Below are positions 57,220 to 64,000 of a DNA stretch of 64,000 nucleotides, one piece after another (within the stretch, counting starts at the first letter, position 1; each line of letters begins with the position of its first letter). The DNA is from Gaiellales bacterium (GTDB lineage: Bacteria > Actinomycetota > Thermoleophilia > Gaiellales > JAICJC01). The notes beneath the pieces were generated by a model. That model was not told the DNA's origin and searched no databases. It was given only the letters and a program-made list of their open reading frames with translations. Position numbers and translations under genes: made by a program. Location: contig JAWVEN010000004.1 in NCBI GenBank assembly GCA_033856675.1, positions 233,653 to 297,652 of the forward strand, given 5' to 3'.

Positions 57220-58452
57220 CTCGTCCGGCTCGTAGTACTTCGTGCCGGCCAGCTCGTCGGGCAGATACTGCTGCTCGACCTCGGCGTTCGGGTAGTCGTG
57301 CGGATACTTGTAGCCCTGCCCATGGCCGAGCTTCGCGGCGCCCTGGTAGCCGGCGTCGCGGATCGGCTTCGGCGGCCGCAGCGTGCCCTGCTGCTGCACG
57401 TCCTTGAGTGCGCGCTGGATCGCCATGTACGACGCGTTCGACTTGGGGGCGCGCGCCAGGTAGGTGACCGCCTGCGCGAGGTTGATCCGGCATTCCGGCA
57501 GTCCCACGAACTCCACGGCGCGTGACGCCGCCACGGCGACCGGCAGCGCCTGGGGGTCTGCGTTCCCGACGTCCTCGCTGGCGAAGATGATCAGCCGGCG
57601 CGCGATGAACTTGGGATCCTCGCCGCCCGCGATCATCACCGCCAGGTAGTAGATCGCGGCGTCGGCGTCGGACCCGCGCATGCTCTTGATGAACGCCGAG
57701 GTGACGTCGTAGTGGTGGTCGCCGCCTTTGTCGTACAGCAGCGGGCGCTTGCGGGCGGCGTCGCGCACGTGCTCGGGCGTGACCTGCCCGCCACCGCCGG
57801 CGGCGTTCGCGGCGTCGAGGATGTTGAGGGCGTTTCTGGCGTCGCCTCCCGCCGCTGTCACGATCTCGTCGCGAACGTCCTCGTCGACGACCGCACCGAT
57901 CTCCTGCTCGCCACGGCGAACGATGCCGGCCAGCTCGTCACGCGTGAGCGGCACGAGCTCGAAGAGCTGGCACCGTGAGAGGAGCGCCGAGTTGACCTCG
58001 AAGTACGGGTTCTCTGTGGTGGCCCCGATCAGCGTCACCAGCCCCGACTCCACCGCCGGGAGCAGGGCGTCCTGCTGCGCCTTGTTGAACCGGTGGATCT
58101 CGTCCAGGAACAGGATCGTCTTCTGGCCGCTCGCGCCGAGCCGGTGCTCCGCCTCGCCGATCACGCGCCGGACGTCGCTGATCCCCACCTGCACCGCCGA
58201 CAGTTCCTCGAAATGGGCGCGCGTGGTGTGGGCGACGATGCGGGCCAGCGTCGTCTTGCCGGTACCCGGAGGTCCGAAGAAGATCATCGACGCCACCCGG
58301 TCCTCTGCGATCGCGCGGCGCAGGGCACTGCCCTCCCCGAGGAGGTCGCGCTGTCCGGCGAACTCATCCAGCACCTGGGGGCGGACGCGCTGCGGCAGCG
58401 GCGCCTGGCGGCCGAGACGGCTGCTCGCGGCATCTTTGAACAGGTCGCTGAT
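57217..58452 (-). CDS. rarA: Replication-associated recombination protein A (probable ATC start)
   Basis: [65 protein letters not shown]. Confidence 0.95.
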   Translation of the reverse strand: MSDLFKDAASSRLGRQAPLPQRVRPQVLDEFAGQRDLLGEGSALRRAIAEDRVASMIFFGPPGTGKTTLARIVAHTTRAHFEELSAVQVGISDVRRVIGEAEHRLGASGQKTILFLDEIHRFNKAQQDALLPAVESGLVTLIGATTENPYFEVNSALLSRCQLFELVPLTRDELAGIVRRGEQEIGAVVDEDVRDEIVTAAGGDARNALNILDAANAAGGGGQVTPEHVRDAARKRPLLYDKGGDHHYDVTSAFIKSMRGSDADAAIYYLAVMIAGGEDPKFIARRLIIFASEDVGNADPQALPVAVAASRAVEFVGLPECRINLAQAVTYLARAPKSNASYMAIQRALKDVQQQGTLRPPKPIRDAGYQGAAKLGHGQGYKYPHDYPNAEVEQQYLPDELAGTKYYEPDE

Positions 58453-58474
58453 GGGCGAAGCCTATACTCGCGGC

Positions 58475-59275
58475 ATGACTGAGGACACGATCCGGCTGGG
58501 CGGCATGGCGCTGCGAAACGGCATCCTCGTCCAGAGCCTCCACCATTGGGCGGCTGCGGTTCGCACCCCCGACGGAGAAGTGCGGATCGCATCGGGCCGC
58601 AAGCCGGAGCTGCCGGAGCGACTGCTGCGGGTCCCCGGTCTCCGCGGCGTGGCGCGTGTCGCCGAAATCGGCTACCTGCTGCCGATCGTCCGCCGGCGGC
58701 TGCCGGAGGCGCGCCTGCCGGTGGAGGGTGCCGGCACGGCCGGTGCGCTGGCGGCGACGATTGCGATCGGGCAGGTGCTGCGCCGCAGCCGGATCAGCCC
58801 GCTCTCCGCCGAACTGCTCGGCGCGGGCCTGTCGCTGCTTCCTGCGCTGGCGTCGCTGCGCGGCTCGCAGGTGGCGGGGTATCACGGTGCCGAGCACAAG
58901 GCGATCGGCGGCTATGAGCAGCACGCCGCGGCTGTGGATGCCGCCAAGGAGCACGACCGCTGCGGGTCGCACATGGTGGGGCCGATGCTGGCCGCCACGG
59001 TGGCGGGCAACGTGCTCGTGCACCGGCTGCCCGCACACCGGCGAGGGCCCGCGCGGGTGCTCGCGGGCATCGCTGCTGTCGGTGTCGCGACCGAGGTGTT
59101 CGGCTGGATGACGCGGCACGCCGACCACAAGCTGTCGCGCCTGATGCGCCGGCCCGGCTACGAGCTTCAGCGAGTCGCGGCGACGCGTGAGCCAACCGCC
59201 GATGAGCTCGAGGTGGCGGAGGTCGCGCTGGACGAAGTGCTCCGGCTCGAAGGCGCCGAGCGGCTTCCCGCGTGA
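58475..59275 (+). CDS. DUF1385-family protein
   Basis: RLGGMALRNG, YHGAEHK, HDRCGS, TREP; TATACT 6 nt before ATG. Confidence 0.85.
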   Translation: MTEDTIRLGGMALRNGILVQSLHHWAAAVRTPDGEVRIASGRKPELPERLLRVPGLRGVARVAEIGYLLPIVRRRLPEARLPVEGAGTAGALAATIAIGQVLRRSRISPLSAELLGAGLSLLPALASLRGSQVAGYHGAEHKAIGGYEQHAAAVDAAKEHDRCGSHMVGPMLAATVAGNVLVHRLPAHRRGPARVLAGIAAVGVATEVFGWMTRHADHKLSRLMRRPGYELQRVAATREPTADELEVAEVALDEVLRLEGAERLPA

Positions 59276-59313
59276 TCCGCTGAGTTTGCAGTTCGTGTAA
59301 TAACACCCTACTC

Positions 59314-60894
59314 TTGTATGACGTGGTCGACTTCCTGCAGGGGTTCTTCTTGTGGCTGTTCAGCTGGGTTCTGGTGCTCTTCCTGCCGGTCTGCTTCGGC
59401 CTGCTGGTGTTCTTCGCGTACAAGATGTGGCGGGCAATGCCGAACACCAGGCCGGCGAAGATTCAGCCGTCCAGCGCCCAGCCGGTGCGCTGGGACGACG
59501 TCGCCGGCGCTGACGAGGCGCGCGACGAGCTGAAGGAGATCGTGGAGTTTCTGAACGATCCGGCCCGGTTCGAGAAGCTCGGCGCGCGTGTCCCCAAGGG
59601 CGTGCTGCTGTACGGGCCGCCGGGGACGGGAAAGACGCTGATGGCGAAGGCGATCGCCACGGAGTCGGGCGCGAACTTCTATTTCCAGAGCGCGTCGTCG
59701 TTCGTCGAGATGTTCGTCGGCCTCGGATCCGCGCGGATCCGGCGGCTGTTCAAGGAAGCACGCAACAACCAGCCGGCCATCATCTTCATCGACGAGCTCG
59801 ATGCTGTCGGGACGGCGAGGAGTGGCGGCGGCCAGAACCGGGAGCACGACCAGACGCTGAACCAGCTGCTCGTCGAGCTGGACGGGTTCGAGGAGAGCGA
59901 GCGGTTGGTCATCATGGGAGCCTCGAATAGGCTGGAGGACCTCGACCCCGCCCTCCTGCGCCCGGGCCGGTTCGACCGCCAGATCCTGGTGTCGACGCCC
60001 GACCTGACGGGCCGCGATGAGATCCTGCGTGTGCACACGCGGCACAAGCCGCTGGGGCCGGACGTGGATCTGCGCCAGGTGGCGCGGCAGACCGCCGGTC
60101 TGACCGGGGCCGACCTCGCGAACATCTGCAACGAGGCTGCGATCCGTGCCGGCCGGGCCGAGCAGACGGAGCTCACCAACGCCGACTTCAGCGCCGCCGT
60201 CGATCGTGTCGTCGCCGGCCTGCAGCAGCGCAAGCTGATCACCGAGAAGGAGAAGCGGGTGATCGCCTACCACGAGGCGGGCCATGCGCTTGTCGCCCGG
60301 CTGACCGCCGACGACATCCACAAGGTGACGATCGTCCCTCGTGGCCGCTCGCTGGGGCTGATGATGAGCCTCCCCGAAGAGGATCGGTTCCTGCTCTCCA
60401 CGGATGAGCTCGAGGACTGGCTGAAGGTCACGCTCGGCGGCCGAGCCGCAGAGCAGGTCGTGTTCGGGAGGATCACGAACGGGGCCGCGAGCGACCTCGA
60501 GCACGCGACGGCCATCGCCCGCTCGATGGTGTTCGAGTGGGGCATGGGCAGCACCACGACGTCGCATCAGATGCGCGCCGACAACTACGCGCTGTCGGAG
60601 GAGACGAAGCGGCTCCGTGACCAGGAGCAGCGCGAGATCACCGAGCGCGCGTACGGCGACGCGCTGCTACTCGTTGCCCGGCATCGCCGCCACCTCGACG
60701 CCCTTGCCGATGCGCTGCTCGAGAAGGAGACGCTCGAGCGGGAGGAGATCGAGATCCTGCTCGAGGGCCTCGAGCCAGAGTCGAACGCTTCGGGGCAGAT
60801 CGGCGTCATGCTTCCGCTGGAGCCGTCGGAGAACGGCCATGTACGGGAGCCTGTGCTACGCACCGACTCGGGAGACCAGGCGCCAGGCGCCTGA
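59314..60894 (+). CDS. ftsH: FtsH-like ATP-dependent Zn metalloprotease (single TM, short N-terminus)
   Basis: [45 protein letters not shown]. Confidence 0.9.
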   Translation: MYDVVDFLQGFFLWLFSWVLVLFLPVCFGLLVFFAYKMWRAMPNTRPAKIQPSSAQPVRWDDVAGADEARDELKEIVEFLNDPARFEKLGARVPKGVLLYGPPGTGKTLMAKAIATESGANFYFQSASSFVEMFVGLGSARIRRLFKEARNNQPAIIFIDELDAVGTARSGGGQNREHDQTLNQLLVELDGFEESERLVIMGASNRLEDLDPALLRPGRFDRQILVSTPDLTGRDEILRVHTRHKPLGPDVDLRQVARQTAGLTGADLANICNEAAIRAGRAEQTELTNADFSAAVDRVVAGLQQRKLITEKEKRVIAYHEAGHALVARLTADDIHKVTIVPRGRSLGLMMSLPEEDRFLLSTDELEDWLKVTLGGRAAEQVVFGRITNGAASDLEHATAIARSMVFEWGMGSTTTSHQMRADNYALSEETKRLRDQEQREITERAYGDALLLVARHRRHLDALADALLEKETLEREEIEILLEGLEPESNASGQIGVMLPLEPSENGHVREPVLRTDSGDQAPGA

Positions 60895-60910
60895 TCCCCC
60901 GGATCCACGC

Positions 60911-61315
60911 TCAGGCGGTAGGGCCGCCTTCGGGCTTCGATGCCGGTGTCTCCGGCCCCGACGCCGCTGTGCCCGGCTCGGTCACCTCGACCGCATCGCT
61001 TTCGACCGTATCGCCGCTGGAGGCGGCCGGCTCCGCCCCGTCGTCACCCTCCTTGACGTCGGCCATCTCGGCCTGCTTGGCGGCGATCTTCTCGCGTACC
61101 TCACGCACACGGGCGGCCTGGTCGGAGAGCGACGGCGGTACGTCGCCCAGCGCCATCAGCCCGGCGCCGAGGTCGGCGAGCGCCTCCTTCTCCTCGGTCT
61201 TCAGCGTGCGCAGATGCATCTGCAGCTGGCCGGTCTTCGCTGTCTCCTGCGTCTTCTCGACGACCGTGCTTGCGACCTCGGTCGCCTGCTGCTTCAGCTT
61301 GTCCAGAAACCCCAT
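60911..61315 (-). CDS. Hypothetical coiled-coil protein
   Basis: MGFLDKLKQQA N-terminus, ALADLG, acidic tail. Confidence 0.7.
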   Translation of the reverse strand: MGFLDKLKQQATEVASTVVEKTQETAKTGQLQMHLRTLKTEEKEALADLGAGLMALGDVPPSLSDQAARVREVREKIAAKQAEMADVKEGDDGAEPAASSGDTVESDAVEVTEPGTAASGPETPASKPEGGPTA

Positions 61316-61372
61316 CGTTCCACCCCCGGTGGCATGTCGCCCTATTGGGCGCACACACTAGGATCCTGCCCA

Positions 61373-61798
61373 GTGCGTGCGCTGGACATCCATCATATCG
61401 GGCATGCCGTGGTGGACCTCGACGAGGCGATTGCCACGTACGAGCGGCTGTTCGGCAGCTCGCTCGAGCACCGGGAAACGGTGCCCGAGCAGGGTGTCGA
61501 GGCCGCGACCATGCTGGTCGGAGCCGATCGGGTCGAGCTATTGCGGCCGCTTGCCGACGACACGCCGGTCGGGCGGTTCATCGTCAAGCGCGGCCCGGGG
61601 ATGCATCATGTCGCGTTCCAGGTTGCGGATATCGAGCAGGCGCTCGCGGAGGCCGCATCGGCCGGCGCGGAGCTGATCGACGAGGTGCCGCGGGTCGGCC
61701 TGTTCGGCCTACGCGTCGCCTTCATCCATCCGGACAGCGTGAGCGGCGTGCTGGTGGAGTTGGTGCAACCTGTCGAGAACGGAGCGAGCAATGGCTGA
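61373..61798 (+). CDS. mce: Methylmalonyl-CoA epimerase
   Basis: IHHIGHAV, EQGV, VELL, RGPGMHHVAF, AFIHP..GVLVELV. Confidence 0.93.
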   Translation: MRALDIHHIGHAVVDLDEAIATYERLFGSSLEHRETVPEQGVEAATMLVGADRVELLRPLADDTPVGRFIVKRGPGMHHVAFQVADIEQALAEAASAGAELIDEVPRVGLFGLRVAFIHPDSVSGVLVELVQPVENGASNG

Positions 61799-62003
61799 AG
61801 AGTCACGGGTTGAGATCGGGTTCGAAGGCGGGCTGATCATCAGCGCCAAGATGCCCGAGACCGAGTGGGCGAAGCTCGAGGCCGCACTCTCGGGCGCCGG
61901 CGGCAGGGTTTCCTTCACCGCCGAGGACACGACGTATCACGTGGACGTGTCGAAGGTGTGTTACGTGCGGCGAGAGGCACATGTCGGCCGGGTCGGCTTC
62001 TGA
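61791..62003 (+). CDS. Small hypothetical protein (DUF3107-like)
   Basis: 70 aa, VEIGF N-terminus and RVGF C-terminus. Confidence 0.65.
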   Translation: MAEESRVEIGFEGGLIISAKMPETEWAKLEAALSGAGGRVSFTAEDTTYHVDVSKVCYVRREAHVGRVGF

Positions 62004-62428
62004 GCCGGGAATCCACGCCGTTCGACCGGGCGGTGGTCGCGTACACCACGGCGGGCAGCTACGGCATCGGCTGGGTGGCCGTCGGGCTGCTCAATCCCCG
62101 CCCGCTGCGGACTGCGGCGGCGGTCTGGGGCACGCTGGCAGTGAACTACGGCGTGAAGCTCGCCGTGCGTCGTGACCGGCCGAGCGAGGCGGGTGCGATG
62201 ACGAGGCACCCGCGGTCGTCCTCGTTTCCGTCGAGCCACGCGGCGATGTCGGCGGCTGCTGCCGTCGTGCTATCCGATGCGCGGCCCTCGCTCGCGCCGC
62301 GTTGGGGGGCGCTGGCGGCGGCGATGTGCCTCTCGCGCCTCTACGTCGGCGCGCATCACGTGAGCGACGTTGCGGTTGGCGCGGCGCTGGGAACGGCCAC
62401 GGGCATGCTGGTTGTGAGGTCGGCCTGA
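62000..62428 (+). CDS. PAP2-family phosphatase (probable CTG start)
   Basis: K..VRRDRP, SFPSSH, SRLYVGAHHVSDV. Confidence 0.85.
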   Translation: MSRESTPFDRAVVAYTTAGSYGIGWVAVGLLNPRPLRTAAAVWGTLAVNYGVKLAVRRDRPSEAGAMTRHPRSSSFPSSHAAMSAAAAVVLSDARPSLAPRWGALAAAMCLSRLYVGAHHVSDVAVGAALGTATGMLVVRSA

Positions 62429-63471
62429 TGGCGGTTCTGGGGATGCTCGGTCTGCCCTGGTCCGGCGTCACGACGACGCTTCGCTGCCTGTGCGGCACGT
62501 CGGTCTCGCAGGACGCGAGCCAGGGCATCGCCGAGGTGCGCGATCCACGGCTTGGCGCTCTTGCCGAGATATCGGACTCGCAGAAGGTCGTCCCGGCGAC
62601 GCTCGAGGCGGTCGACCTTACGCGCCTCGTCCGCGGCGCGAAGCGTGGCGAGGGCCTCGGTGGCGAGCTGCTCGCGCACATGCGCACCACCGACGCCGTG
62701 CTGCTCGTGGTGCGGTGCTTTCAGGACGACCAGGTGGCGCATGCCTCTGGGAAAGTCGATCCGCTGGACGATGCCGAGACCGTCGAGCTCGAGCTGATCT
62801 TCGCCGACCTGGCCGCCGTCGAGCGTCGCCGCGAGCGGGTCGCGAAGTCGGTCAAGGCTTCCGACAAGGGGGCCATCGCCGAGCAGGAGGTGCTCGATCA
62901 GCTCGCCGCGGGCCTGGAGGAAGGGAAGCCCGCGCGATCCCTGGGGCTCGCGGTGCCGGAGGCGCTCGACCTGCTGACCGCCAAGCCCGCGCTCTACATC
63001 GCCAACGTCGACGAATCGGGGAACGAGGAAGACGTCGAGCGTCTGCGGCAGTTCGGAGCGCAGCGCGGCATCGAGACGATCGCCCTGAACGCGAAGCTCG
63101 AGGCGGAGATCGCAGAGCTCGACGCGGGCGACCGTCAGGCATTCCTGGACGACCTCGGTATCGAGCAGCCGGCGCTCGACCGGATCAGCCTCGCCTCCTA
63201 CGCCGCTCTCGACCTGATCCCGTTCTTCACCTCAGGCCCCAAGGAGACACGGGCCTGGACGATCCGCAGCGGCCAGAATGCGCAGGAGGCGGCGGGCAGG
63301 ATCCACACGGACCTCGCGCGCGGGTTCATCCGCGCGGAGGTCATCGAGTGGGATCGGCTCGTGGAGGCCGGCGGCGAGACCGAGGCGAAGCGCGCCGGCG
63401 CGATGCGGGTCGAAGGGCGTGACTATGTCGTTCAGGACGGCGACGTCCTGAACGTTCGGTTCAACGTGTGA
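62428..63471 (+). CDS. ychF: YchF/DUF933-family protein with degenerate P-loop
   Basis: GEGLG, VVRCF, LLTAKP.LYIANV, FFTSGPKETRAWT, AAGRIHTD..RGFIRAE, EGRDYVVQDGD. Confidence 0.85.
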   Translation: MAVLGMLGLPWSGVTTTLRCLCGTSVSQDASQGIAEVRDPRLGALAEISDSQKVVPATLEAVDLTRLVRGAKRGEGLGGELLAHMRTTDAVLLVVRCFQDDQVAHASGKVDPLDDAETVELELIFADLAAVERRRERVAKSVKASDKGAIAEQEVLDQLAAGLEEGKPARSLGLAVPEALDLLTAKPALYIANVDESGNEEDVERLRQFGAQRGIETIALNAKLEAEIAELDAGDRQAFLDDLGIEQPALDRISLASYAALDLIPFFTSGPKETRAWTIRSGQNAQEAAGRIHTDLARGFIRAEVIEWDRLVEAGGETEAKRAGAMRVEGRDYVVQDGDVLNVRFNV

Positions 63472-63874
63472 TCTTGCAGGTGCCGAGGGTCTTGGGCAGC
63501 GCGACGAGCTTGAGCCGTTCGCCGGGCTTGACGGTGACCGTGATGCCGCAGCGCTCGCTGACCGGGTCGAGGTAGCCGCAGTTGCCCTCGCACGGCCGCA
63601 GCTCGCGGATGATCCGGTAGGTGCCCGCCGGCAGACTGCGCTTGAAGACCGAGTCGGGCTTCCAGCGGCCCTTGAAGATCACCTCTCCGTCGTGCTTGAT
63701 GCGCACGAATCGTACGAAGCCCTCGATGTAGCAGCAGGGCTCCTGGCCGCGCTCGGTCAGCACCACGCCGGCCGGCGCAGGCGGCTCCGTTGTCTCTCCC
63801 GCCGAGGCGGCCGACCCGCAGGCCGTCAAGCCGAGCATGAGAGCGGAGGCAACGATGAAATGTGGGGTTTTCAT
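63461..63874 (-). CDS. Putative lipoprotein
   Basis: Lipobox LTAC; CCYIEG, PAGTY, RPCEGNCGYLDP. Confidence 0.75.
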   Translation of the reverse strand: MKTPHFIVASALMLGLTACGSAASAGETTEPPAPAGVVLTERGQEPCCYIEGFVRFVRIKHDGEVIFKGRWKPDSVFKRSLPAGTYRIIRELRPCEGNCGYLDPVSERCGITVTVKPGERLKLVALPKTLGTCKITR

Positions 63875-63937
63875 GCCCCGTTCGACAACGGTTTCGGCGA
63901 TTTGGTTCCCGAAGAAGCTGGAACTTCTGCAAGCCGG

Positions 63938-64000
63938 CTACAGCGTGGTTTTGACCACGACGAACCAGTCGCCGTCCAGCAGCACGTCGGCGCCGCCCAG
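63938..64000 (-). CDS. 3' end of a gene running off the window
   Basis: Open frame LGGADVLLDGDWFVVVKTTL-stop with GC-rich codon usage. Confidence 0.4.
   Translation of the reverse strand: MGGADVLLDGDWFVVVKTTL

Overview
High-GC bacterial DNA, most consistent with an actinobacterial lineage such as Thermoleophilia/Gaiellales (inferred from gene content and leaderless promoters). From left to right: a UbiA-family tail, a ccmABCD-hemA-hemC-cobA/hemD operon, a DUF62 gene and tRNA-Phe(GAA). Next come a decayed RibD-like gene, an ECF sigma/anti-sigma/secreted-protein/serine-protease group and an orphan TadG-like gene. A 13-kb catabolic cluster (11.3-24.6 kb) is built around an apparent inverted duplication of a TudS/DUF523-like + small-protein + SDR module, with a hydantoin racemase, PuuE-like deacetylase, ThDP enzyme, aminotransferase and M20 carbamoylase. 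It is followed by a cyclase-STAND-TPR protein, a beta-propeller phosphoesterase, a flap nuclease and a PucR-linked operon probably for guanidino compounds (2 APC permeases, 2 SDRs, 2 ureohydrolases, metallophosphoesterase, DUF1989). An IS1595-family element with passenger genes is inserted in a GGGGTCAGACCCC hairpin. The right part holds a K+/H+ antiporter, an unusual GG-repeat surface protein, a heterodimeric ABC exporter, a DivIVA/pseudo-HD-GYP group, and housekeeping genes (arginase, rarA, ftsH, mce, a degenerate ychF). Several genes appear to start at non-canonical codons (ATC/GTC at the leaderless position, CTG in CTGA overlaps). All calls come from reading motifs by eye; no database search was run.
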